This document shows positions 43,325 to 53,753 of a stretch of DNA of 64,000 nucleotides, piece after piece; within the stretch, counting starts at the first letter, position 1, and each line of letters opens with the position of its first letter. The stretch is taken from the IMG/VR virus record IMGVR_UViG_3300035208_001055, positions 56,494 through 120,493 of that record. One strand, 5' to 3'. The DNA comes from a virus (taxonomy: Duplodnaviria > Heunggongvirae > Uroviricota > Caudoviricetes). The notes beneath the pieces were generated by a model that saw only the letters and a list, made by a program, of their open reading frames with translations, did no database searches and was not told the origin of the DNA. A program made the translations under genes and the position numbers.

Positions 43325-44356
43325 CTATCCTACCTTAACGCCAAACTGTGCGGCGTTCAAATTCGTTGGAGTCCATGCCGCCGACGTATTTGGGTCCGTT
43401 TCCAAGAGACGTTGTTTCGTTATGAAACTCGATGTCTGCACGGGAATCGCGGTGCCGTCACTTTCTGTGTCACCAGATTTGCACACAATCTTCAAATCCA
43501 TGTTATCGGCGTCCGTCTCACGGCAATCCGTGCAAACGGCGACACCGGCAATTGTTGTGAGCGATGTGTTTTCATAATTGTACAAATCTTTGTTGTCTGT
43601 TGTCCCGCTCTCCACGTAATCAGTATTATCGTTCAACGCAACCTCATCGACACAGGTATAGTTGCTTCCCGCACTCGGGGTAAACTGAGACGAGTCGCCG
43701 TCCGAATTAGGTCGCAATGTCACAACACGCATGTTTCCGAGAAAATCATTATTTGCTGACCCCGAGCCGTCAAGACAATATAAGTCGTCGAAATACGGAT
43801 TGCAAAGCGAACCACATCCAAAAATCCAGAACGTAGTGTGATAGGCATTTGAACCGGCCTTTGTATCGACACCTGTTGCGCTCAAAACACTCACGCCGCC
43901 AACATGAACTTCATACGTCCCCGTCGTATCGTTGCAAAGCACCTTTAGTTCCACGTAGTACCACGTGTTGATTTGTAAACCTAGACCGCTAGTTGTCCCC
44001 AACACAGTCGTTCCTCGGTACACGGCCAATTCACCGGCCGATGTCAAGCGTAAATTCACTCCAAGGGTTTCGCCATCATAAAATCGCACGAGTCCATCCG
44101 TATTAACCAAAGCACCAAACTTCAACGCCACTCCGACAACCATTGTTGCGTCAGTTGTCAAAGGTCCAGGCGAAAAACATCCCGCCGTGTCGGCAATCAA
44201 TTGTATTGCATACCCACTGAGGCGACCAGTCTCAACCTCGAAACGTGTGTCCTCATACATGATACGAGGATACCTGCGTGTCATTACGCCCGCAGGTTGC
44301 GGCGCGACACCTGTGCTTGTGCCGTAATTATCAAAACCATCTATCCACAGAAGCAT
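43325..44356 (-). CDS. Tail fiber/receptor-binding paralog 3
   Basis: MLLWIDGFDNYGTS ... AAQFGVKVG. Confidence 0.5.
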   Translation of the reverse strand: MLLWIDGFDNYGTSTGVAPQPAGVMTRRYPRIMYEDTRFEVETGRLSGYAIQLIADTAGCFSPGPLTTDATMVVGVALKFGALVNTDGLVRFYDGETLGVNLRLTSAGELAVYRGTTVLGTTSGLGLQINTWYYVELKVLCNDTTGTYEVHVGGVSVLSATGVDTKAGSNAYHTTFWIFGCGSLCNPYFDDLYCLDGSGSANNDFLGNMRVVTLRPNSDGDSSQFTPSAGSNYTCVDEVALNDNTDYVESGTTDNKDLYNYENTSLTTIAGVAVCTDCRETDADNMDLKIVCKSGDTESDGTAIPVQTSSFITKQRLLETDPNTSAAWTPTNLNAAQFGVKVG

Positions 44357-44445
44357 GGCAGCACCTCGTTAAAAAGAGAAAACAGGCCGAGCCGAGCCGA
44401 AACTCGGCCCGACCTTGGCGAGGGAGAGACCCTTGCAATTCCTTG

Positions 44446-45057
44446 TTACGCACTGACTGTATACGTGACCTTCAACTGGTCATTGTCCGCAACAGTCACG
44501 GTGCCCGAACTAAACTGGGCTCCGTTCCACAGAGTACCGCCACCGGCGGCATCATTCTTTGTGGCAGGAGCAGTACCGCCACCAACCAACGCAATGCCAT
44601 ACACCGATCCACTGGCACTAATTGTGAACACGACTGGTGAGGCATTGGTAATCGACTGGCTCGCCGATGCACCTTCTGTCCACTCTTGACGAGTTGCCTC
44701 ATCATAGTCGTCCCACTCGTCCCAGGCATTGGTGCCGTTGATTTGTGCATACGTATCACCAGCCGCAGGCGTCGGTGAACCGGCCCCATCAATCAGCAAC
44801 AGATACCACGTGGCGATCTGGGTTGCAGCGTGGAACATGACATCCAGCAACTTGTTCTTGCCTTGGTTGGTAATCAGATTGGGTGCCTCATAGCGACCAA
44901 TCATTTCACCATTGCGCCAATGTTCCACAACAAAACGACCCTTCGGATTGATTAAATCACGAAGGCGAAACCGTTGTGTAACAGCTTCATCGGAACTCGC
45001 GGCGGGTACTAACTCACACGCCGCGCCCTCTCGGATCGACAAACGATCAACACTCAT
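44446..45057 (-). CDS. Hypothetical tail protein
   Basis: 203-aa ORF immediately after the tape measure gene. Confidence 0.3.
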   Translation of the reverse strand: MSVDRLSIREGAACELVPAASSDEAVTQRFRLRDLINPKGRFVVEHWRNGEMIGRYEAPNLITNQGKNKLLDVMFHAATQIATWYLLLIDGAGSPTPAAGDTYAQINGTNAWDEWDDYDEATRQEWTEGASASQSITNASPVVFTISASGSVYGIALVGGGTAPATKNDAAGGGTLWNGAQFSSGTVTVADNDQLKVTYTVSA

Positions 45058-45069
45058 GGGTAATCTCCT

Positions 45070-48000
45070 CTACTTTAGAGTTACTACACCGCGCCGTACA
45101 AGCCGATTTAGTTCGGACGCGATAGACTTGGCCGTTTGGCGACCCGTATCGCCGCCTTGGACCGTGACGTTAATATCACCGATGCTCGTTGTTACGTTGC
45201 CACCGTCATTACGATAGACGGGTTGAACACCGGCGTTCATCGCAATCAACTGAGAAGCAAACTTTTGTGTTGCTCCCGCGTTCATTACAAATTCACCTTT
45301 TGAAAGCCAAGCTGGTATCACATCCGTGCCAGCCGGGCCACCGGCCGCGAGGTATCGACCAATCCTGCCACCTCGGGCCGCGTACTCCGTCCCTGTCGCC
45401 GATGGAGTCTTCACAGAGCGTGAAGCACTTGCAAGACTCCACATCTGCGCCGCCGCAGCGCTAATCTGATTCACCAATCCACTCATATCAAGTTGTGCGA
45501 CTTGCGACAACGAACTTGCCGCAGCGGCAGCCGCCGACTTGCCTTGGTCTATGGGTTGAACAGCCTGTGTCGCCGAGTTCTTCAACTCCTGAAGAATCCG
45601 CTGTATCTCTTGGGCTTCCGTGGCCTTAGCTTTCGCGCGAGGCAACTCTTGCTGTAACTGCATTGCCTTCTTAGCTGCATCCGCTTGCGCGCCTGCGTCC
45701 TGCATAAACTGGTCGTACTGTGCCTTCAACTCCTTTGGAGGCTTCACCGAATCCAGATACTTCTCATACGACTTCTTGAGTTGCAGGAAATCCTTTTCAG
45801 TGGTCTTTTCGGGCGCGATCTTCGTGAAGGCTTGTGCAGCCCGCATAAATTCGCTACCTTGACGTGCCATCTGGCGAGACAAGTCTTCGCGGTCTTCCTT
45901 CCACCGTGGATTAAACAGGTCCGAAAGTTTTGGCCCACCTTGAGCAATCTCTTGAATTTTCTTTCCCGCTTCCGCGAGACTTTCTTTCGCATTTTTATTC
46001 GTTCGGATCAACGACTTGTTATAATCAGCAATCTGGCCAATCAACTCTTCGTAGCCCGATATAGCTTCCATGCCGCTTGCCATCTCACGGCTATAGATGC
46101 CATATCGTTGCTCCGCCGGAAGTCCAGCGAGTTCCTTCCGTAGACGTTCAGGCAACTGCGTCTCCGCTGTCTTAATCGCAATCGTGATCGGACCAACACC
46201 CGTCTCAATTTGATCGTGTAACGCCTTGATTGCCGCTGGCAACGCCATCAACTCACGTATCTGTGTCTTTGAAACACCGCCTTCCATTGCCAGTTGCACA
46301 CGTTGTTGCAACTTGTCAACCGAAAGCATCTGAGATATGTCAGTTGGGGGAGCCAATTTCAACAGACGTGAAAGATTTTCTTGCAGTCGTTCGCGTTGTT
46401 GTTGCAGTTTCAACGGGTCTTTCGGACCTTCCTTGTCGAAAGATTGAAGATCAGACAAAATCTGCTTCATCAGAACACGGCTATCGTCAAGGTCCTTCTG
46501 CTTTTGAGCCGCCTCACGGGCTGTCTTCATAGAGGCTTGTGCCATGATAGCCGAGAGTTTTTTTTGTGCCCCATTCTTTTGTAACATGATCGAAAGAATG
46601 TTCCGCTCGGCGTCTTCTTGAAGACGTGTATCCCCCGTAGCTTGTGCCTGTTGAGCGGCCTCTTGAGCGAATGCGTCTGCACGTTGTTGAATAGCCTGTG
46701 CCGCCGCAACGTCCTCGGGCGTCTTCGCCTCCCGCATCTTCGCAACAGCCTCGTTCGTCAATTGCCGCGAACGACCCTGCGCAGCAATAGTCTTCTCATA
46801 GGCGTCCTTGTTTCGTTGTTGGAACGTGAAAACAGCGTCAGCATACGCCGCTTCGCCATTGACCTGTTCCTCGTGTGCGTGGCGTGATGCGTCCGCCTGC
46901 GCCTTGGCGGCATTTCGATAAGCCGAGACGACCCGTTCCTGCGACTCAATCAGCGAAGACATCGTTTCGCGTGCGTCGTCTATCAGAACCTTGTTATCTT
47001 CTTTCAGTTTATCGAGGAGGTCAAAGTGCTTCTTACGAATCTCCGACATCCCATTTTCCCACTCCTTCAACTCATCGCGTTGCTGTTTCTTCAAGTCATC
47101 AATGCGTTGTTGTCGTTTCGCGGCGTCATCGCGGAGTTCGTCAATCAATGCTTGCCTGCGCTCTTGGGCATTCTTTCGGATTGCGGCAAGTTCCATCGCA
47201 CTCAAGTAAGTAGATGCACCTGCGTAGGTCATGGCTGCCACTGTAATGGCACCCAAAGCGATTCCTAGTGGGCCGAGTCCAGCGGTCGCAGCCATTGCGG
47301 CAATAGCCAAAGCGCCCAATACCGGAATCAATATCATTGCCGCCGAAGCAAGACCTTGGATCGCAGCCGCCATTCGATCAGCGCCGCCAATCCACTGCAT
47401 CATGTTTCCAAGAGTCTCAACAATCATGTTACCGAAATCACGTGTCAGTGTGACTCGGAGAGAGTTGATGTTCGATGTCAGCTTTTCAGCAGGCATCTTT
47501 GTGAATTGTTCATATATCTGGTCCAGCGTATCGGCCGTTGTCTTTGCCATGACCTCCTGGGCCGCTTTATACTTCTCAGCCTCATCTCGACCCAAACTCA
47601 AAACAGCCGTCATGGCGCGAATGTTTCGCACATTCTCACCAATCTCACCAGCCATCCCGTGAGATGCCTTCGTAATTCCTTCAAAGGAACCAATGAGACC
47701 TTTAGCAGCGATCATCTGTTCTGGGTCCGTGAAACCCATACTTCGCATCGTCTTCTTCATCTCTTCCGAAGGTTTGATGATCGCAACCATTGCCTGACGC
47801 AAACCGGTTGCGGCTTTATGAGCGTCAAGACCACCAATCGTCATCGACACGTAGGCAGAGTTGACTTCATCCAAGGAGACCTTCAACTGAGCGGCAATTG
47901 GGATCACTTGGCCAATCGTGTCGGACAACTCCTTTCCACGAACGCGCCCCAACTCAATCGTTCGGAAGAATTTCGCAGCCACGGTCGCTGCTTGATCCGA

Positions 48001-48789
48001 AGACATGCCATACGCATTGAGAGTTCCAGTCAACAACTCGACGGAGCTACCTAAATCCATAACAGCGACGCGCGACAACTTCATCGCTGCCTGCATGATA
48101 TTGTTGCGTTCCGTCACAGTGGTAAACTGATCGGAAATTGTCTCATACAAACCCTCCGCCACTTGTGGCAGGGGAATGTTGAATTTCTTCGACATCTCTG
48201 CAACTTCGTCAGAGAGGGTTTGGAATGACGCCGTAACCGGAGCGATAGTCGAAATCTCAGCGATCTGTCGCTGGAAATCAATCGCTGATTCTGTGGCATC
48301 TGAAAGTGCCTGCCGCACCTGCGAAAAAGCACGCACGATCATCTGTGTGACGACAATACGACCAAGCATCGAAAGCGAGATAGAGAAATTCTTCGCCGCA
48401 TTGTTTGCCCGGTTGAGTGCTTCTTCACCCTTCATCCCGGTCATACGGAGTTGGTCGCCGACGACAGAAACTTTTCCGCCGTATTGACTTGTCAAGGCGA
48501 TGGCACTTTGTATGCGGGACAATGTTTCAGGCGTTGCCACGGACGCAGAAGCAGCCGAAGTCGCGGTCGCAGCGCCGCCCACGGTTGGAAGTGTCATCTT
48601 GGACGCCAACGTAGCCATCTCCCGCATCGTGGCTAGGGCCGTCTGTGCAGTCGAGTTCCACGACTGCATAGCGCCCGCGTGCGCGGAGAAAGACGAGGCC
48701 GACGATTGAAGTTGACTATCCAACTTCTGAAGCGCAGACAGCGCATCTTGTACGTCGAATCCAAGTTTATTGACAATTTCGTCAGCCAT
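45070..48789 (-). CDS. Tail tape measure protein
   Basis: 1239 aa, Ala/Gln-rich with coiled-coil character and a central hydrophobic segment (AAMILIPVLGALAIAAMAATAGLGPLGIALGAITVAAM), placed between the chaperones and the distal tail genes. Confidence 0.75.
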   Translation of the reverse strand: MADEIVNKLGFDVQDALSALQKLDSQLQSSASSFSAHAGAMQSWNSTAQTALATMREMATLASKMTLPTVGGAATATSAASASVATPETLSRIQSAIALTSQYGGKVSVVGDQLRMTGMKGEEALNRANNAAKNFSISLSMLGRIVVTQMIVRAFSQVRQALSDATESAIDFQRQIAEISTIAPVTASFQTLSDEVAEMSKKFNIPLPQVAEGLYETISDQFTTVTERNNIMQAAMKLSRVAVMDLGSSVELLTGTLNAYGMSSDQAATVAAKFFRTIELGRVRGKELSDTIGQVIPIAAQLKVSLDEVNSAYVSMTIGGLDAHKAATGLRQAMVAIIKPSEEMKKTMRSMGFTDPEQMIAAKGLIGSFEGITKASHGMAGEIGENVRNIRAMTAVLSLGRDEAEKYKAAQEVMAKTTADTLDQIYEQFTKMPAEKLTSNINSLRVTLTRDFGNMIVETLGNMMQWIGGADRMAAAIQGLASAAMILIPVLGALAIAAMAATAGLGPLGIALGAITVAAMTYAGASTYLSAMELAAIRKNAQERRQALIDELRDDAAKRQQRIDDLKKQQRDELKEWENGMSEIRKKHFDLLDKLKEDNKVLIDDARETMSSLIESQERVVSAYRNAAKAQADASRHAHEEQVNGEAAYADAVFTFQQRNKDAYEKTIAAQGRSRQLTNEAVAKMREAKTPEDVAAAQAIQQRADAFAQEAAQQAQATGDTRLQEDAERNILSIMLQKNGAQKKLSAIMAQASMKTAREAAQKQKDLDDSRVLMKQILSDLQSFDKEGPKDPLKLQQQRERLQENLSRLLKLAPPTDISQMLSVDKLQQRVQLAMEGGVSKTQIRELMALPAAIKALHDQIETGVGPITIAIKTAETQLPERLRKELAGLPAEQRYGIYSREMASGMEAISGYEELIGQIADYNKSLIRTNKNAKESLAEAGKKIQEIAQGGPKLSDLFNPRWKEDREDLSRQMARQGSEFMRAAQAFTKIAPEKTTEKDFLQLKKSYEKYLDSVKPPKELKAQYDQFMQDAGAQADAAKKAMQLQQELPRAKAKATEAQEIQRILQELKNSATQAVQPIDQGKSAAAAAASSLSQVAQLDMSGLVNQISAAAAQMWSLASASRSVKTPSATGTEYAARGGRIGRYLAAGGPAGTDVIPAWLSKGEFVMNAGATQKFASQLIAMNAGVQPVYRNDGGNVTTSIGDINVTVQGGDTGRQTAKSIASELNRLVRRGVVTLK

Positions 48790-48830
48790 GCGTCACCACA
48801 CTACTATGTGCTACCACGTACTACCACGTA

Positions 48831-49325
48831 CTACCTGACAACTTGTTTACGAATGAATGGTGCTACTTTTGGTAGACTTGCCATCTTCGTTGCATGAAGA
48901 AAAGCTGCTCTCGCCTTTACTTGAAACTCATAGGGACCTGGATTCGTGAGATGAAAACCCCAGTCATTGGCGTTATAATACTCATTCACGAGGAGCCACG
49001 GGAGCGTTGTTCCATACGTAAACACGTACAATCCCCTCTCCATCTCACTTGGGTCGAGTCCTTCCCCCGTGCTCATTGCAAGTCCCGTGCCCGCCCTGTT
49101 AAATGGTGCCGACCCTCCACTCGTCGCAACAGTATGGTCAATCAATTGGCCCACTTTTACAAACGTAGCACGCGAAGCACCACTCCACAATGGAACCTCG
49201 ACAGTCGTGACCATCAACCATGCTTCAAGTCCCTGTGCTACAATCTCCCGCATCTGTTTGTCGAGTGCTTTTTTATACGCATCGAAGTCCAGTTTAGGGC
49301 AAAAGTATTTGAACGTGAATTTCAC
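48831..49325 (-). CDS. Hypothetical tail-module protein
   Basis: 164-aa ORF. Confidence 0.3.
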   Translation of the reverse strand: MKFTFKYFCPKLDFDAYKKALDKQMREIVAQGLEAWLMVTTVEVPLWSGASRATFVKVGQLIDHTVATSGGSAPFNRAGTGLAMSTGEGLDPSEMERGLYVFTYGTTLPWLLVNEYYNANDWGFHLTNPGPYEFQVKARAAFLHATKMASLPKVAPFIRKQVVR

Positions 49326-49533
49326 AGTTAGAGTCCTTAACGCGACTTAGGCAGTGGCGGTGGCGTTGCGCCAGTTGGATTTGCTCCGGCTAACTTCATC
49401 TGCCAATCCTCATCGTCGTGAATACCAGTCTGATAGCAAGCAATCATCAAAGCCTGCGTATCCGTGCCGCAATCCTCCCAGTGTTCTTTGACACCGGGAG
49501 GATGTACGCCAAAGTAACGACAGGCTTGCCAGA

Positions 49534-50040
49534 TTACGTACTCGCCTGTTCGGAAACTTGGCCAGAGGTGTCTACTGGCATTTTCCCCTGACCAGCAAGA
49601 AAAACCTCGCGGGCTTTCCGCAGTTTCGCTTCATCAAGAGCATTGGCTTCCATCACCAGAGCAAGCACTCGATTGACTTCGATGTCACTCAAGTTGCTAT
49701 CACGCAGGTCCTTTTCCCAATTCTGCCATGTCTTGGGATTATTCGGATCGACGGTATCCCATTCGATCCCGCTCGGGACCAGCGAATGAATGACCATGTA
49801 GCCGAGACGTTTCTTAGCCCATTCGCCAAGAACTTGCTGGTACGTCGGGTCATTGTCCATCGGCACGAAACCGTCTCGGGTTTGTTTTCCCGGCGGTTTG
49901 GGTTGAGGGCACAAGGCGTTAAACGCTTCCATGTCAGGTAGGCCACGTGCCACAAAAACGATGTTCTGATCCTCGCCACGAGGTAGAACCAAAGTAACTT
50001 CGGTTGACAAAGTTTTCGGATCAATTCCACCAATTCTCAT
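49534..50040 (-). CDS. Putative tail assembly chaperone (possible frameshift-extended product)
   Basis: 168-aa ORF. The -1 frame stays open for another ~65 codons (to 49337) after a GGGGAAAA run near the ORF end. Confidence 0.35.
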   Translation of the reverse strand: MRIGGIDPKTLSTEVTLVLPRGEDQNIVFVARGLPDMEAFNALCPQPKPPGKQTRDGFVPMDNDPTYQQVLGEWAKKRLGYMVIHSLVPSGIEWDTVDPNNPKTWQNWEKDLRDSNLSDIEVNRVLALVMEANALDEAKLRKAREVFLAGQGKMPVDTSGQVSEQAST

Positions 50041-50114
50041 TGTTCATCTCCCTCAAGAGTGAAAGACACCGATGCCAGGACTCCATCCTGGCATCGGCTT
50101 GAAAAGTAACACTA

Positions 50115-50852
50115 CTACTCGCGTGTCACTGTTGGTTCGACAACATTGCACTTACCAGTAAGTGCGATGGTTGCTTCCTTGAAATTGATTTCCTTGGTCT
50201 CAGCACGGAAGTCTGGGAACAAAGTAATCTCAGTCTGTGACGTTCCGCAAGGCGGATTATGCTCGACCTCCACGTCGATAGCATACGGTTCGCACTGGTC
50301 AGACGAGGAACTGACCCATTCCGCAGCCTCACCGATGCCCTTGAGCGCGTCCATCGGGCTAATCGTTTCCGATGTGCCCGTCGTGATATGCTCATAGGTG
50401 CATTCCAACTTGACATCCAGTGGGACTTCATTGCCTTCACGCACGGTATCAAGATCACCACGGTCGAGCATATACTCGTAGGTGCGGTGTTCGGTGTAGG
50501 TAAGATTACCGTCACCAATCTTGATTTCGAGAATTTGAGGCATGAAAGTCACAACACCGTCCTCAGCATACGTGCCAGCACCAAGCGCGGGCGTAAAGAC
50601 CACGTTGGTTGTTGGACTTGTCGATGCTGGTGTCCGAGCCGTCACTGTGTGAATCGTAGTAGAAGCTGTCTCGCCAGCGACGGTGAAACGAGCACCAACA
50701 GGAATCAGATCAGTGTCGGCCGTATTCAAAACGATTGAGTCAACGTCCATATCAACATCGGTCGCAACTGGCGGAGTCGCTGTCAAAGCAGCCACGCCAC
50801 TCAGACCGTCCTTGAACCGGATCGTACAATCGCGTAGTTCAATTCTTGCCAT
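50115..50852 (-). CDS. Putative major tail (tube) protein
   Basis: 245 aa; position between the head-tail joining genes and the chaperones. Confidence 0.35.
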   Translation of the reverse strand: MARIELRDCTIRFKDGLSGVAALTATPPVATDVDMDVDSIVLNTADTDLIPVGARFTVAGETASTTIHTVTARTPASTSPTTNVVFTPALGAGTYAEDGVVTFMPQILEIKIGDGNLTYTEHRTYEYMLDRGDLDTVREGNEVPLDVKLECTYEHITTGTSETISPMDALKGIGEAAEWVSSSSDQCEPYAIDVEVEHNPPCGTSQTEITLFPDFRAETKEINFKEATIALTGKCNVVEPTVTRE

Positions 50853-50878
50853 GTTTATGTTCTCCTTGTTAGGGGTTG

Positions 50879-51370
50879 TTAAGTATTATTCTGCAACTCC
50901 ATTTCATACCAACAGTCAACCATTGACTGCCGTAACCCTTCGGTCGGGCTAATCTGACCAAAGTGCATCACACGGACTGCATCATTTGATCCATTCAACG
51001 CCGACAAGCATCCGAGCAAGGTTCCATCATCCTCCGGTAAGTTTCCATACCGATACGTTGCGATAGCTCCATCCAACGCTTCCTGAAACAAGCCTGCAAT
51101 ACGCTGTGGAGCATAACGATTATCTGTTCCCATTTGACTGAGAATCAAGATACGCACACCCACCTTCGTATGGTAATAATTGTGCGAGACCTCACGAATG
51201 TAAGGTCCTGTTATCGCAATCTCCACGTGGTCTGGTTGTTTTAAGATCGCATCCGTTCGAGTATCAACACCTTCGGTCATGGCCGGTATCGAGTTGTCTG
51301 AGGCAACTTGCTTCAGATACTTCGATAAGGAAGCGAATATCCAACGAGCCCAATTAGGATTTGCCGACAT
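50879..51370 (-). CDS. Head-tail joining/completion protein (by position)
   Basis: 163-aa ORF. Confidence 0.3.
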   Translation of the reverse strand: MSANPNWARWIFASLSKYLKQVASDNSIPAMTEGVDTRTDAILKQPDHVEIAITGPYIREVSHNYYHTKVGVRILILSQMGTDNRYAPQRIAGLFQEALDGAIATYRYGNLPEDDGTLLGCLSALNGSNDAVRVMHFGQISPTEGLRQSMVDCWYEMELQNNT

Positions 51371-51888
51371 TACGCCACCTCACTGTCTACGTCAGACGTT
51401 ACCATAATCGCATCAGCGGCGTCAACAGATTGTTGTAGCCCTGTTTCAAGTTCGGTTTCGCCCAAGAGAACGTGACCCGTGATAACCCATCCGGTATCAA
51501 ACTCCAATTCTTCAATTTTCTCAAATTGAAACTTGCCTCCATTCCACACCAACCAGTCTTCTAAACTAATCGTCAGGTCTCTGACATCACGACGATCCAC
51601 AATAAACACACGACGACTTCGATCATAACCGCCACCGGCCATCAACTGTTTGATCGCAGGTGTTGATGCAAGGTCTTTTAGTAACTCGCGGGTCATTGTC
51701 GCCGGTAAGATAATCGCACGGTACACTCGATAAGATAAAGTGTTCGTCGTCACTTCCCCGGTTTCATCGTCCACTGCCGAATTTAACAGTCGATAGATGA
51801 CAATAGGCCCGCCGTACTGGCGCTTTAACGAGTAAAGCGCTACTTGCATCTGCCGTTTCAGAAAGTATTCGTGTGGCGAGGTTGCCAT
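51370..51888 (-). CDS. Head-tail joining/completion protein (by position)
   Basis: 172-aa ORF; its stop overlaps the next start. Confidence 0.3.
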   Translation of the reverse strand: MATSPHEYFLKRQMQVALYSLKRQYGGPIVIYRLLNSAVDDETGEVTTNTLSYRVYRAIILPATMTRELLKDLASTPAIKQLMAGGGYDRSRRVFIVDRRDVRDLTISLEDWLVWNGGKFQFEKIEELEFDTGWVITGHVLLGETELETGLQQSVDAADAIMVTSDVDSEVA

Positions 51889-51891
51889 TGT

Positions 51892-52179
51892 TTACTCTGG
51901 TGTCCGTGTCTTCTGAGTCCAACGTTCGTCCAAAGTCTGTTCCAGCCGCCGCATGATGAGAGTGTTCTTTGTTATGACGTGTGTACACTTCTTCACGAGC
52001 GGCAACAGAACTTTTCGCTGTTCGTCTTCCAGCTTATTGATTCGACTAGAAAGACGACACTCACGCATCCAGCCTTGAGCCAGCAAAAATGCCAGGACCA
52101 AAACCAATGGTCCGTATTGCTTCACTACTTGTAAAGCTATGTCCCAATCCATTGCGCACCTCCCGGTTGATAACTTCAC
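51892..52179 (-). CDS. Small membrane-anchored protein
   Basis: 95 aa with a hydrophobic segment YGPLVLVLAFLLAQGWM. Confidence 0.3.
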   Translation of the reverse strand: MKLSTGRCAMDWDIALQVVKQYGPLVLVLAFLLAQGWMRECRLSSRINKLEDEQRKVLLPLVKKCTHVITKNTLIMRRLEQTLDERWTQKTRTPE

Positions 52180-52244
52180 TGAAGACCCGCCCTCCCCAGG
52201 TTATTCTGGGGAGGGCAGACCATTACAAAACAGCAACCGTTTGG

Positions 52245-53678
52245 TTAGCCAAGCAGAACCACGGCCAAATCCGTATCCAACACAGCAACACCAGCCAGGA
52301 TGTCAAGGTTGACAACCGTGCCACCCTCCTGAATGTCGTACTGCATTGTCACACGCATGGCGATACCGTTGTAAGCGCCAACATGAGACATGACGCCCAT
52401 CTGAGCACTCGGAGTGGCCAGAGGACGTGTGACGAGCGCCAAAGCGTCCCGATGGAAAGCGAGATTGAACACGCCAGCGGGGCCAGGGAAAGCCGCTTGA
52501 TTGTCAATGATGGCGTTGGCACCAACAGTGCCTTCCAATGGACGATCAAGAATCACAGACTGTTCGCCAGTCGCCGACAGCCAACTTTCGATCACGGTGT
52601 AAACCTTGCGAGCAGTGCTCACACCAAACGCAACCAACTGACCAACTGCCGGAGCAACGGTCCAACCATCGAGAACAACCGCTTCACTATAGCCAGTGAG
52701 ATAGTTGCCCTTGACAGCACATGCTTCATAGTTCGTCAGAACTGCAAGAGCATCCGTCGCGTACTTGTTGGCCTCGTTCAAAGTCACCGCTGTCGTCGCG
52801 CCACCGCCAGTTGTGCAAGCAGTGATGTAGGTCGGCTGATCGTTGCCAGCCACAGTCAGGTACTCACCGTCCACAGCCACACGAGCCAGGGTGCAGGCTT
52901 GCGAGCCACTGCCACCAGCCGCAAGAGCGCTAGTGATAGTGCCTTCCGTGTACTGACCGTACATAGACGACTTGCTGACGCTGTTCACGTTCTGATCCAT
53001 ATAGGTCGTGAAGCCAAGGATGTGGCCAAGAACGGCCGTTTCCAAAGCTGTCCCACCATCACCGCGCTCGTTCGCCTTAACGAACATGTCGGTCTTGAGC
53101 AGAGCAGTTTCACTCGAAGGAGCCAGAACCAAAACACGCCCGTCAGTCGGAGCCTTGTTGTTGCTCAGAATTTCGCGCACTTCCAACACGTAGTCCTTCG
53201 CGTTCGTGCCCGTCAAACCTTGCAGTTTGCCAGATCGCTTAGCGGGGGTGAGGATGAAATTGTGAACACGGCCAAGCACGGCGCGGTCGATAGCGCGAGC
53301 AATCGACTGCATACCAGGACGCAGATAGATGTCAACGAGGTCTTGGAAAGCCTTGCTGGCTTCGCCGTCCTTGATGACGAAGGAGGTGTAGAACCACTGG
53401 TCGAGCGCCACTGGCACATTCGTCGCGCTTGCGTCTTGCTGTGTCAGTGTCGTGCCGTCCTTCTTACGGCTAATACGGAACGTTCCGGGCTTCCGGGTAT
53501 TCACCACGTCGCCGAAGTTCCGAATCTCGTCCTCGAAATCTCGGTGAACGAGACTTGCGATGACCATGTTCTCTTCCAGAATCGCCAAACCTTCCTGTGC
53601 CCATTGCTCAGGAATATAGGCGTCGTTGTCGTTTGCAAAACAGCCAACTTGGCCCTTGCACATGTAAAAAGACTTCAT
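52245..53678 (-). CDS. Major capsid protein
   Basis: 477 aa immediately downstream of the scaffold-like gene. N-terminal ...FANDNDAYIPEQWAQEGLAILEEN resembles capsid protein N-termini. Confidence 0.55.
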   Translation of the reverse strand: MKSFYMCKGQVGCFANDNDAYIPEQWAQEGLAILEENMVIASLVHRDFEDEIRNFGDVVNTRKPGTFRISRKKDGTTLTQQDASATNVPVALDQWFYTSFVIKDGEASKAFQDLVDIYLRPGMQSIARAIDRAVLGRVHNFILTPAKRSGKLQGLTGTNAKDYVLEVREILSNNKAPTDGRVLVLAPSSETALLKTDMFVKANERGDGGTALETAVLGHILGFTTYMDQNVNSVSKSSMYGQYTEGTITSALAAGGSGSQACTLARVAVDGEYLTVAGNDQPTYITACTTGGGATTAVTLNEANKYATDALAVLTNYEACAVKGNYLTGYSEAVVLDGWTVAPAVGQLVAFGVSTARKVYTVIESWLSATGEQSVILDRPLEGTVGANAIIDNQAAFPGPAGVFNLAFHRDALALVTRPLATPSAQMGVMSHVGAYNGIAMRVTMQYDIQEGGTVVNLDILAGVAVLDTDLAVVLLG

Positions 53679-53753
53679 TGTGTTTTCTCCACAAAAGATG
53701 GGTTTTCAACCTGGGTGCAAAACTTATTGCACCCTTCGTCAACCCCCGATTTG

